In this document: in pieces, positions 1 through 11,800 of the stretch
Layout: every line of letters starts with the position of its first letter
Numbering within the stretch: position 1 is the first letter of the stretch
Source: Neophaeotheca triangularis
Taxonomy: Eukaryota
Direction of reading: 5' to 3'
Length of the DNA: 20,000 nucleotides
NCBI GenBank assembly: GCA_054600435.1
Contig: BAAIJX010000079.1
Coordinates: forward strand, 47,568 to 67,567
Notes under the pieces: model-generated
What the model was told of the DNA's origin: nothing
The model's input: only the letters and a program-made list of their open reading frames with translations
Databases searched by the model: none
Program-made: the position numbers and the translations under genes

Positions 1-738
1 CTACAAGGTAATTATGTCTCGTCGATTAACGACCTTAGAGATGAGCTTCTTCTACCTTCTATTAAAGAAGGTCGTGCTATTATACTAGTAGATAAGCCTA
101 AGTTAGAGCTAGAGTAGGAGCCGGTAGATAAACTAGACTAGGAGCTACCGGAGTAGGAGCTAGTAATAAATAACATAGAGCTAATAGAGTAGGAGTAGTT
201 ACCCTAGAAGCGTGCCCCTACGACAGTCCGTACCCCGTTAGTTACGCCGCCTATAACTCCTACTTATTCGTTAACACCGAGTAGGGGTTAGGCCGTTTAG
301 ACGACTAAGAAGAAGGTTACTACTATAGAGGTTGTCGCTAATTCAGCCTCTTAGATAGTAGAAGGGTTTACATGCCTTAGCTAGTAGTTTGTAGAGCTCA
401 AGGTGCCCCCTACTACTAAGGTAATAACGCGGTTAAAGGCCTTACCTTACTTCTAAGCCTTAAGTCTTACCTACCGAGTTATGGCCTTCCATATTATCGT
501 AAACGAGACCGTAGCTACTACCTTCTTACCCCCTATTACTAAAGAGGAGATAGTCGAAATGCTCTATACCGAGTTTATAGAGCGTAGTGTATAGTTGCCG
601 TAGGAGGAGTCTATTAGTAAGGCCGTAATAGGAGTAGTTAAAGGTAGTATAGAAGAAGAAGAAGGTCGAGTAATAGGGGAAGAAGGTGTGTTTAGTGTTA
701 GCGAGGTTAAGGGCTTTACTACCTTAGGCATACATTAA
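1..738 (+). pseudogene. C-terminal part of a RIP-degraded ORF, probably the second (Myb/SANT-like) gene of the PIF/Harbinger element; begins before the window
   Basis: Frame +1 reads as a protein (LQGNYVSSINDLRDELL...acidic/Pro-Thr linker...AFHIIVNETVATTFL...) interrupted only by TAA/TAG, ending TAA 736-738. It is convergent with the Harbinger transposase. The Myb/SANT domain itself is not in the window, so the identity is inferred from Harbinger two-gene architecture. Confidence 0.5.
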
Positions 739-841
739 AGAAGCAGTAAGATATAGCTATGACTATCTACTATACTAATAAAACATGAGCTAAGGCGATA
801 GACGAGACTACATCCTTATACCTCTATAAAATTTAAGCTAG

Positions 842-1639
842 TTACATAACCTTAGACATCCCTTAGACTTCATCCCCTTTAGACATACCTTCGTACGGTA
901 TACTCCTAGTAATAACTAGCCCTAGTACAAGAGGCCTCTTTATATGTCGACAATACTAGCGCCACATCCTCTAAGCAATACGGTCACGCCGCGTAGTGAC
1001 AATAGGGCTCTTATAAGCACTAGAGGGCCGTCTAGTATAGCTGTATTCGTCGGTATTAAGGGTTAGGGGCGGTACCTCCTTATGCGCCGGTTAGCTATAC
1101 GAGTTTATGAAGTTATGAAGGCTATAGAGCGTATACACTAGCATTACCTACACCTTAATCGAATACCCTTGCCTAGGGCTATGTTTTAAGATCTCAAAAC
1201 GAGCCTTAAGTACACTAAATACCCTCTTAACGATGTTCTAGAGCTGTACATGGCGTAGGTTAAATAGTTCCTCTAGAGTCTCTAGTTTTACTTACGACTT
1301 ATACTACTCCTTAAGGTGATACCGCATCTTCAAGTAGGGTGTCAAGAGCGTCTTGTCTATAGCTATATACCCTACATCTACGAGCTAGTATGCCCTCTTA
1401 GGTATCTCAAACCCCTTCATCTTAGCTATATTTAGTACGGTACCGTCGTTCGTAGAGCCCTCCTACCCTAGTAAGACATATACAAAGTTCATGTCAAAAT
1501 CTACTACTACTAGCATGTTCTACGATATGAACCCCTTCTAGTTATGCTATAGACCTTACATATTAGCTAGTATTGCGGCTAGGATGTACGAGCCATTAAG
1601 AGTACTAACATACCCTCGAAAGAACGGCTAGAGCTTCTT
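842..1639 (-). pseudogene. PIF/Harbinger (HARBI1-like, DDE_Tnp_4) transposase, C-terminal catalytic part, RIP-inactivated
   Basis: Minus translation shows PFFRGYVSTLNGSYI (de-RIP GCVGALDGSHI), DFDMNFVYVLLG*EGSTNDG, LVDVGY, TPYLKMRYHLKE*, ELFNLRHVQL*NIVKRVFSVLKARF, LHNF and RDRIA*RMW, which are the hallmark Harbinger motifs. The 3' end is approximate. Confidence 0.9.
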
Positions 1640-1800
1640 TGACACAGTACGACAGTATGGGTCAGTATGTATGGTGTATAAAAGATAGGATAGACTCTCT
1701 ATCTACAGCTAAAGCTAGAAGTACACACTATACATACTCTCTCCCCCTCTAGGTAGGAAGCTATAAGCCACACCCACACTAGATAACTCCTGCCATAACA
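1640..1800 (-). repeat. 3' LTR (161 bp)
   Basis: TGACACAG...CCATAACA; 147/161 identical to 13838-13998 with no indels. Confidence 0.97.
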
Positions 1801-1860
1801 GGTAGGGGGCTCCTCATGCTTACTATGTCCTCATTAAGCCAAGACCGTCATGGTCCGTAG

Positions 1861-2110
1861 GAACCGAGTCGGTCAGTTTAAACCGAGTCGGTCGGTCTAA
1901 ACTGAGGGGGCTTGCCGAAACCGAGTGGGTTTGCCGAAACCGAGTTGGTTACGTCAAACCGAGTGGTTTTGTTCGAACCGAGTCGGTTAGTAGGCATCTA
2001 GATAGAGTAAAACCGTGCGTGGGGTCCAAACCGTGTCCGCGGCTTCAAACCGCGCTAGTAGGTTCAAACCGCGCTAGCAAGTTCAAACCGCGCTAGTAGG
2101 TCAATCCGTA
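1861..2110 (+). repeat. Subterminal tandem array, ~13 units, mostly 19-bp period, core (A)AACCG
   Basis: AACCG-like cores at 1862, 1881, 1900 (AACTG), 1919, 1938, 1957, 1976, then 2011, 2029, 2048, 2067, 2086, ~2104. Confidence 0.9.
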
Positions 2111-2243
2111 GTAGTAGGTTCGCAGCTCGTGGTCTAAGGCCGACGGAGTTAGGGAAGAGTATTAGCGTGTCACGCTACTAGGATGAGAAATTAGTGGACC
2201 GCGATTCTATTCGATGTGTAACTAAGGAAATATCTCGAACTAC

Positions 2244-2480
2244 GGGTAGGCAAAAGCCTTCGCTGGATGGAAATCGCTTGTGGGTAGGCGAAAGCCTTCG
2301 CTAGATAGAAATTGCTTGCAAGTAGGCGAAAGCCTTCGCCTAGTGACGCTAAGTTTCGGACGCGGGCTCCGGAAACTGAAGGCAGGTGAACACCTTCGCC
2401 TTAATCGCTATATCGGCAGGCAAAAGCCTTCGCCTAGGGAGAAACGCTAAGCTTAGAGGCAGGTAAAAACCTTCGCCTAG
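2244..2480 (-). repeat. Six copies of a hairpin-like motif (plus strand GGYAGGY-N4-RCCTTCGC)
   Basis: AGGY starts at 2248, 2286, 2324, 2384, 2418, 2461; the first three are spaced exactly 38 bp apart. Confidence 0.85.
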
Positions 2481-2661
2481 TAGACTAGAGGGAGAAACAA
2501 CGTAGGACAGAGGAGCGCGCATCGCGGTTATACGGCTAGGCCGAAGTCTACAGCTACCTTGTTAATTTTTTAGGTCAGTGTTGTCTCACTATATCCCGCG
2601 CTGACGCGCCGTAGTTTATATAGTCTTCGGACCGTGGCACTCCTAAGGAGTAAGGAGCGCA

Positions 2662-5601
2662 TCATGCTCTAAAGTACGGCAGCTAGTAGCGTGCGCGCCT
2701 AGCTAACCTAGTCTCTATAGGAGGAGAGGCCTTCTAGCGGCGCACTAAAGGTGTCTAGGCCATAGCCTAAGGGCCTACGTCGTCTTCGGTAAGGTCTATG
2801 AATTCGACCTTCTTGGCGCTAGACAGAGGTACTTTCCCGGGAAAATGGAGGAGGACGGGAAGGGTTTCGGCTACGTCGCGGACAGTCTAGGAGATGCCGG
2901 AGGTATCGATTGTGACGGCGTCGAGCGCCTAGGCTTCTAGCCATTGTTTCTAGCTCTTTATCGTCTCCTACTCACCTTCCTACGGGCTAGGATCTTCGTA
3001 GATAGTGATGTCTCCCAAAATCATCCCTTTGTCCTATACGTCTTGTATTGCTTACATCCTCGCTCTTTGAACTTCCGCCGCCATGATAGCTATAGACTCG
3101 GAAGCTACCTTGACTAAGTCGTATTCCTTATGGGCCACCGCTATTAAGTTCATGGCCCTAGTGCGGACACCGTAGTCTACGCTGTTCATGTCCGACTTTA
3201 TACTGTCGTAGTTAGTCTCCGCGTCCTAGAAGGTGCTAAGGGCGTTGATTCGCGCCTCGTAGAAGGCGAAAGCCTTCTAGTTGTACTCGCCTTAGAACTA
3301 GCTAGTACGGTACTAATCAATCTAACGCGCGGGGGAGGTCGGTTGTGAATGGCTCTATACGCCGGAGGCGCGGCGGAACGGGTTATTGCGGAGAGATAGG
3401 CTAGTAGGTGTGCGGTTAAACGGGTCGTTCATGGCGCTCGTATTAAGCGATAGGAAACGCTGTCCGCTACGCGAGCTATACGCTAGTTGTCTACCGCTAG
3501 AGGTAGGCTGCAACTACGCCTACTAGTTACCCGATGTGCGAGGGTATTGGCCGGCTAGGGTAGCTTTTAGGTACTTATCTTTACGCCCCGAGAGGCCGCT
3601 AGACATTAGCGGAAGTTAGGCGCCTAGGACATAACTACTATCGGCTAGGGTTCGCGCTTGGCCGGAGTATTAGGTTAGGTAATGGCCGCAGCGGTCCGGG
3701 GTAGCTGCTCCGTCGCTAGTGACGCGGTAGAGGTGGGGAGGAATCTAGAAACCGGCTTCTGACAACGTGGCCTAGTCGTTACCCGCTGCTGTCGTCGGCG
3801 AGGTGGAAGTGGACGGCAATCCCATGTAGCGGAGGGGTATAGGTGGCGGGAACGCCGCCATTCTTGCCATGGGTAGCTCTATGTCGGTATAGCGTTCCGC
3901 CGTGTCATCTAGTAGGATATTTCTCTATCCCTAGACTAGGGGCGGGGTGCGTAGAGTGGCGTTTCGTCCCTCTAACTAACTGTTGACAGTCACGTCGGTC
4001 ATTAAGCGGTCGGGATGGCTACGGGGTAGCGATACTTGGTTGTCCATGAACTCGCGGTAGGCTAGAGAGATCCTATCCACATCGATAACCGTTAGCCAGC
4101 GTATTACTGTCTAGTCTACCTCGAGGTACTCCTCGTACTAGAACTTTTTGGCGCGGGCTTACCTCTACGTATAGTACGTGGACGGTTTAGTAGCGAGCGT
4201 GGGACGCTGCTATAGGAAGCTGCGCGGTAGGTTCGAGACTGTCGTCATCAGGTCTTTTTCTAGATCTCTAAGTGTCGTCAGGTAGTTGTATAGGTACCCG
4301 CTGCCGTAAAGCGTGTAGCATCCGTAGATGCACGCATACTACTACTTCCTACTTATGTTTAACTAGAGGATGCCCGGGCGTCCCCTAGGGCGGCGGTTTA
4401 GTACTAGCTCGCCGCGAGCAGTAAAGGTCTCGGGCTAGTTACGGTACAAGATCTCGCTAGTCAGGAGAGAACGCTCCGATATAAGCATGAGCTCGAGCAC
4501 GTCGCAATCTTCTAGCGCCGCATAGGTTAGTGGTAAGCTGTCGATGTCGAAACGGGAGTAGAAAGCGTAGTAGTAGTATAAGCCGGTGGTTTCGCCTAGG
4601 TTGAGCTCATGGCTAGGGTCACGTGTCATGCCGATGCTCTCGGGGCGCTCCGGTAGCGTATACATTTAGTAGAAGTCGTAGGGAACCTTAGGGTTTCCGT
4701 ACCACACAAAGTACGGGTTTGGTTACGCGCCTCCCATGTTAGCGAGGCAGTAAGTGATAAGGGGCTAGGGGCAAATCGTATAGAGTACCGCAAGACCGAC
4801 CGCGCGGAGGACGAGTTCGAAGGCGCCGTCTTGCTTAAGGGTTTAGACGGACGAGTGTTCTCCCGCGGTCAGGAGTCGGACGGCCGCTACGACTATGTTG
4901 TTAAAAACACCGTTCGGTGTAAGGCTTTCGAGTGTTTCCTAGGGATGTAGTACTCCTAACGAGGTAGTTACGAGCTCATAGGCGTTGTCGATGAGCGCGA
5001 CGTCTTGCGCCTTATTGCTATTACGTTAAGTAACTAGTCGAAAGATAGAAGTAAACAGTGGATCGGCCTACTAGTAAACGGTAACGCAATTAGTAAGCGA
5101 TTTGAAGGGTCGGAGCGAAGCTAGCTAGTAGGAGGCGTACTACTATAGACGGAAAGGGAGGTCGGTTTCGTGTAGCGCGAGTAGCTAAATTGTTCGAAGG
5201 TTGAGAGCGAGGTCTAAGAATGAAGGCGCTGCCGCCTTAAGGTCACAGAAAGTGTTATAGTATTCGGGAGTGTTAGGAAGGGTTATATCTACGCTTAGTC
5301 TTTCAAAAGCGACCTAGAGCTAACTGTCGCCCTCTCGGTAGCGGCGCGCGGCTTCTTCTACTGTCTCGTTAGGATTAAGCGCGCCCTATTAGATAAGTTC
5401 CTAGCGAGTGTTGTAACCGGGAAGATTTGTGAAAGGTGACGCCTGAGTTAGGGCCTAACGACGGATACGTAAGGCTTTCTTAGCCGGAGTCTAGGTTATG
5501 TCTACTACCGTGCCGGTAGGGACGCTGGGTTTGAATACCCGCGGCGTGAAAGTAGCGCGGCGGGGGTATAGAGGTAAGGTATACCTGTTTAGCGCCGGTA
5601 T
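2662..5601 (-). pseudogene. Extra ~980-codon ORF of unknown function inside the retrotransposon, downstream of pol, RIP-inactivated
   Basis: One frame from a putative RIPed ATG (ATA at 5601) to TGA at 2662-2664. It contains about 55 internal stops, all TAA/TAG, no frameshift, and protein-like composition throughout. It includes the called 76-aa ORF 4435-4665. Confidence 0.8.
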
Positions 5602-5830
5602 CGATGTTACAAACCGAAACGCTTTAGAAGGTAGTTGTGAAGAAGGTAGGGCTAGAGACGGTTAGGATGTTAGTTAAGTCGGTTGTTATAAGTTGAAAGG
5701 TAGGAGTTATGGTTAGGAAAAGGTGTCGAGGTAAGTGTTGTTGTTAGTATTGTTATGAAGCTAGCTAGCGCGTAAGCGAGCGGAAACGCGGCGCCAAGCC
5801 GCGGTTACGACGTCACCCCTAACGATGGCG
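5602..5830 (-). promoter_or_regulatory. Putative internal promoter/5' UTR of the extra ORF
   Basis: GC-rich block with TGACGTCG (CRE-like, ~5808-5815) and ACGCG motifs, followed on the minus strand by a C/T/A-rich leader typical of fungal core promoters and 5' UTRs. Confidence 0.35.
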
Positions 5831-5875
5831 TCGGTATCGATAAGGTGATAGTGATAAGGAGGTGTACACGACACC

Positions 5876-8800
5876 TTAGGCCTGTCTATAGAAGGCTAGT
5901 GTGGCAGACCTCGTCTACCTCCTGACTTCCCTACTAGTACAGATAGGGCGAGTCGGTATCACTAGGATTAGTACGCGGTTTGCCGTGGATGCTTGCTACT
6001 ATTCTTCTCTAGTTTCAGTGTCGGTGGGGGCGGCGCTCTTAGCCGCCGCTACTAGGGCAGGATTAGTTATTAGGGTATTAGGCTTCCTACCCTTAACCCT
6101 AAGGTCTCCCTCCGTACCGGGGTACAGCTCGTCATATTGGGCGACCATTTCTCGTGCGTCTAGTAGGTCGTCGATGTCGTACCATACGTTATGAGCTGGC
6201 CCCTAGCCGAGCCACTAGACAAGGTACTGTCTAATGTCTTTCCCCTATTGCTTTCTCGTTCTACGTGCTAGTAGCCTCTTAATCTCGTATACTCCGACTC
6301 CGTCTTCATCTAGGTATACGGGCCTAGGCTCGCCGGGTTCCTAGCTGTAAGGGTCTAAGCTAGTTAGCGCCGGTTCGAGCTATATAACGGACACGACGGG
6401 GTGTATTTTCCAGTGCGGTAGGAGTTCTAGCTCGTAAGCCAGCTTCCCGACGACCTTAGAGATCTTGAAAGGGCCATATCGCTAGGCCGCTAGTTTCTTT
6501 AGGATAAAACCAGGTATTAAGTAACCACGCTAGAGGCGGAGTAGGATGTTTTGACCCTTTTTGAACCGGATTAGACGGTAGGCTTAGTCGTATCTGTCCT
6601 TTATGGCTACTACTACCATCGAGAGAGCGTCTATTGCTTAATCGCGGGCTACCTGTCGTAGGGCGACGTAGTCTGCGACCGGAAGCTTAATTAGAGGGTC
6701 TAAGGCATCAAGGTTAGATTTGAAACCCTAGATGAGGATGTTCGGCACTTATGCCGTCGATACGTTCACGGCGTTGTTTATCGACGATTGTATGTGCGTT
6801 AGGGCTACTACCTAGGGGGTATCCGGGTTGCCGTAGACGAAGAACCGGAGTGCGATCTCGATAGTCTAATTAGTGCGCTCCGACTGCCCGTCGGTCTACG
6901 GGTAGTAAGTAGTGGAGGCAAGGAAGCGAGTGTTTAACTTGGCAAACACTCCCTTCTAGAAAGCGGAAAGCCACAAGGGGTCCCGGTCACCGATAAGCAT
7001 ATAGGGGATATTCCACTCCGCGCTACGGAGAGCTTCTAGCCATACCGCCGCCCATTCCGGTACGTTCTAGTCGTTCCGCCCCTTGACCAGCAAGATTTTT
7101 TTGGAAAAACGGTCTGTGACCGTGAGCATTACGTCAAAGCCATCTGGCGTTAGAGGAAGCCCCGTTACCTAGTCGGCTGTCTAGGTATAGTAGGGGATCA
7201 GCTTGACTTGAGTAGGTTGTAGTTCGCCGAGCGGCTTAGATCGGAGAGTTTAGCACACCATGTAGTCGGGGCAATACGCGATGTAGCGCTAGAGCTTGTC
7301 TACTAGTCGGCGGATGTAAAAACTAGCCTATATGCGGGAGTAAGTCCGGAAGAAGCCTACGTGATAGTAGTTATCATGTGCCATGCGGAAAATTTCTTGG
7401 AACAAGGGCTTAGGGATGTAAAGTCGTTCGCGGCTATCTTCCTCGTCGCGGAAATAGATCAACCGGTCTCGTAGAAAGAAGCGCAGTCTAAGGGGACTAG
7501 ACTCTAGTTCGCCGGCAACATCCTCTAAGCTGCCCGCCTAGCCGTCGCTTTACGTAGTGGCGTTGTCTAAGGTAGTACGGGCTTCGCACTACTCTAGCTA
7601 CTAGAGTCGCGGCTGCTAGAAAGTGTCGTTTACGTAGCCGGTTCGAATCTCCTCTTTGAAACCGTCGTCTATTACGACTAGGGTGGTATGGAACACTACC
7701 GTTATCTATTCCTCGGCGAAATTGTTGTAGTAGGCGGCCATACTGCTATCGAAATAGTTCTCGTCGGCAGCCTAATTGGCCTCCTCGTAGCCAAGAGGGT
7801 CGAGGGTATCGGTATCTGGTTCCTTTGTTGTAGTGGCTCTATCGCCTAGTAGACGGCTAAGGGCGTCTAGGACTAGGTGGATTCGTCCCGGGCGGTACCT
7901 AACGTCGAGGTCGAACTAGCTAAGGTACTACGCTACCCGGACTAGGCGGAGGTTCAACTTATTAGTTGAAGTAGTCGTGGTAAGGCTAGAGTGGCTTGCT
8001 AATGCCGCGACGGCGGAGTGATCCGTGAAGACCACCGTTGATTTTGTGAACGCCTAGATCATATGGCGGGCTTTTCGTAATAGCTATACCATGCCGGCCA
8101 TTTCGAGCTCCGTGGGCTAGTAATTCTTTTCGGCCGTCGTAAGAGCTTTACTGAGGAATGCTACTAGTTAGATGTCGTGACGGGGGAAATGCAATGCTTT
8201 TCCCCTGTTCATTACAGGTTCTAGGTCCCCTGCCACTATATAGACCACTACTCTAAAGCCGAATTCCTTTGATGCATCGACATCGGTATATAGCTGACAG
8301 GTAGGGTCGATGTAATATAGGAACGGTGTGTCGCGGAAAATGCCCTGTAGTACCGCGAAGGCGCGGTAGGCTGCTTCCCAAATTGAATCGTCTAGGGAAA
8401 CCGGCGTCTTCTCTAAAAACCGTTTACGCGCTCCGCCTTTAAGCGGGCTGTCCTTAAGGAGGGCCGTCTTTAGCATTTGCAATAGCTACACGATCTAGGC
8501 GTAGTAGGGCACGCATTGCCGTAGCTAGCTAGTGAGTCTAAGGTACTTTTCTAGGTCTTTGAGCGTTCGGGGAAACTAGAGGTCGACAATAGCCTTAACC
8601 TTGTCGTCATGGGTAGCTAGGCCGAGCCCGCTAACCTACTAGCCTAGGAGGGTTATGGAGGGGAAACCTAGGAAGGTCTTCGCTAGGCTTAGACTGACTT
8701 TAACGGTGTTAAGGCGGCTAAACACCTATGCTAGGTAGTCTAGGTGTTCTTCTAGGGAGTGTAAGAACACCACGATATCGTCGATGTACGTATGGTAGAA

Positions 8801-11800
8801 AGGTCTTAGGTCGCGGAGAAGGTTGTCTAACTCTCTCTATACATAGGCGATCGAGTTCTTAAAACCCATTACCGCTACCTTAAAGACCTCTTGACCGCGA
8901 TAGGAGTTCACCGCCAACTTGTGACGGTCTTAGGCCGCTACTAACCATTAGTAGAAAAAACTGACTGCGTCTATAGTGGATATGAATTAGCAGCCGCGCG
9001 TTACCTATAGTAGGTCCTCTTGTAGGGGAAGGGGGTAGCTGTCCTTCTAGGTAACTTTGTTTAGCCCGCGGATGTCGACTACTACTCGGCCTTTTCGAAC
9101 CGGCAGCCCGTCCTTAATAACTGTTTTCTAGACAACGAAAACTAGGGAGGCAAAACGGGTGTGCTCGGTGCTCCACTCCATCTTGCCTTATACATAGAGC
9201 GGATCGAGCGTGTTGTCGACGACTTTTCGATCTACTACGCTGAGTGGGAAACCCTTTAAAGAAAGCTTGGCGGATTCCTAACCGTCACGAAGGGGTATCG
9301 GCATATGGCGCTACTCGGGAATGTCCACGTAGCGACCTTTGTCGATGAAAAGCTCCGGGAAGGACTACACTAATTTCTCTAGTGCGGTTACTTGGTCTTA
9401 CGCTCCGTACACGGTAACGCCGTTTAACAGGACGGTCTACTCTACCCGGGGCACTTCCTTATAGAAGGCTGTCTTTAATGGGAGGGCGGCGAGACAGTGA
9501 CTGTCTAGTTCGACATGGTAACTGCCTTCTTCTACCCATTCCGAGACACGACTGAGTGTTAATCCCTCGTGGACGGACACGGCTAGTGAGGTGTCATTGC
9601 GAACCATTACGAAGCTGCACTAGGCATCTATAGCATAGTTGTAGCTAGTGAGGCCGGCTGGCAAATTAGGCGACGGTGTAAACTAGGAGTCTCTGTTTCG
9701 TGGTAGGAGTGGGAATGTGGCTTCGACCCTTAGTAACGAGTTTGGTAGGACCTGGCATTGTTTCGCTACTATAACTGATCTAGCGGTACGCATTCTGTCC
9801 CGCTGTTTAACTAGGAGCGGGGCCTACGCTCCAGTATAGGTACCTAAGGTGACTAACTTCCTCGGGATGTCGATCTTCATGCGCTATAGAGATATGATAT
9901 CCATGGCTAAAAGCATGAGCGGTTTGAGGTCCCGCATAACGTGCACCTCATGTCTCATTTCGTAGAGGACTCTCTATCCACTAGAAGCCGCGGGAATCTA
10001 GAAAGTAAGCAAAACATGTTCGCGGACCTCCCTTAACGAAGGGCCCACTCCTCGCACTCGAAACGGTAATTTAGACTTGATACGAGATATGGTAGGGAGC
10101 TGCGATAAGAGGAAATGTTCGTCGATGATAGATACTACCGCGCTAGTATCGAGGCAGACGGGGGTGTCTATATTTTGCTGCTAGAAACAGACAGGTATTC
10201 TAAGGTAATGGAAATTTCGAAATGCGTATCCCTCGTATACGGCACCTAGGGCCTACGACTTGACCATGGGTAGGCTCTTAGTCGGATCAGTAATTGTCTG
10301 CCCTAGGGCTTTGCCGGCTAGTCAGGCAGGATCGCTATACTCGGCTCGCAGGTAGCGATACAGTGCGTTTTTAGTGCCGAACTTAGTTTTGTAGTGCTAG
10401 CATCGTTGCTTTACTGGCCTCGGGGACGCTACGATAAGCGGTCGTAGCGCCTACTCGGTTATTAGTGTAATGGATACGACGCTACGGAGTGTAGGGCTGT
10501 GCTAGGGGAGCACCTTATTGACATATGTATCGAAAACGTCGTCCTCGGGAGCATAAAGATCATCGCTATTAGTGCCGTAGGCGATTAGGTCTACGAAGTT
10601 GTTCTTAAACTCGGCGAGGACATCCTCGCCTTCTAACTACATTTCTTCACCCTCGTCATCTATAAAGTTGTTAGAAGGGCGCGAGTCTTGGCGATTCTAG
10701 CTTTAGCGGTTTTGATTGCGCCAGGTTGCCGCTAGTTATTACTAGGCTAGTGTGTTGCGCCCCGCCTAGCCATCTCGTGGTGGCGCCGTATCTAAGCGGC
10801 GTTTAGCCGAAACGGACGCGTTTCTAAATGGTAGCGCTTAGGGCGTCTAAGTTAGCCTTTCGCTTAGGCGGGCGCTACTAGGAAGAAACGGCTGGCGTTG
10901 TGCTAGAGCCTATTAGGGGGGATTAGTCTGTAGGCGGAAACCGTTATTGTTGTTTCGTCTAGAACGGCAGTTGTTGAAGCCGCGGTCCTAGATGCTGTCA
11001 AATCGCTTACTAGACTCGGCTAGCTGAACTATCGGACGATTTAGGTAAAGGTCAGTCTAGGTGTCGAAACAGTCCTCTATTTAACGGATGAGGCTCTCTT
11101 AGGTTGTTCTTCTATTAGGCTTAGGGATGTTTTGGCGAAGGGGGGCCTCAATTTTGAGCTAACATTAGGAGAGGCGAGCTGTAAGGCTATCAATTTTGGC
11201 CTCCTACGCCTATCGAGTACAACTAAGAACGAATTCGGAGGGGGCGCGGCCACTACGCACGTCGTTACGTGTATAGGCCTCCCGGTTAAGGTTACTCATG
11301 GCAGTTATGACTAAGACTCGGAATTTATTGCGTAGGGCTTTTTCCCATCTCTTGATGCTAGAACTACCCCGGAGGTGCCGTCGCTCCGACTTAGTTAGCT
11401 ACGACATGAGCTAAATAGAAGCTCCTCCGCGAAGGCACTTCCCTAGGTGTTTATGCGTTTCGGACGACGAATTCACTTCGGCGTAGTCTCTAGTAGATTC
11501 CAAGAAGAAATGCACTGATCGATAGTACTACTTGTTCTAGGCTATAACCTAGTCTCTAGCTAGTGCCTTAGCCGTGCTAAGGTAGGGGTCAAAGTACCTA
11601 ACCTCCTCCGCTTTAAAGGGGGCATGTTTAGATCGAGAGCGAGAGCCGCTACGTTAGGGGCTGTCGACTCGGTCGCCGGAGTCTTCGCGATAGCGGCAGT
11701 ACCCGCTCCCACGGGAGCGGCGATTACGGCAGTTACGCCTACGGCTTCGGGATAGGCTGTTAGACGAGGATGATCCCGAGCTTAGGCTAGAGCTACTACT

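Noticed and set aside
2244..2480. Hammerhead ribozyme (GGC-GAAA-GCC resembles stem II)
   Set aside because: No CUGANGA...GAAA...UH catalytic core is arranged around the hairpins on either strand.
4270..4345. C2H2 finger within the extra ORF (ACIYGCYTLYGSGYLYNYL)
   Set aside because: Even after de-RIP the His spacing does not fit well; cannot be supported without a consensus.
2662..5601. Extra ORF as a true retroviral envelope protein
   Set aside because: No evident signal peptide, furin site plus fusion peptide, or C-terminal transmembrane anchor; only one moderately hydrophobic stretch (~4750-4900).
5901..6194. Called plus-strand 97-aa ORF (and 11132-11314)
   Set aside because: Antisense shadows of pol and gag.
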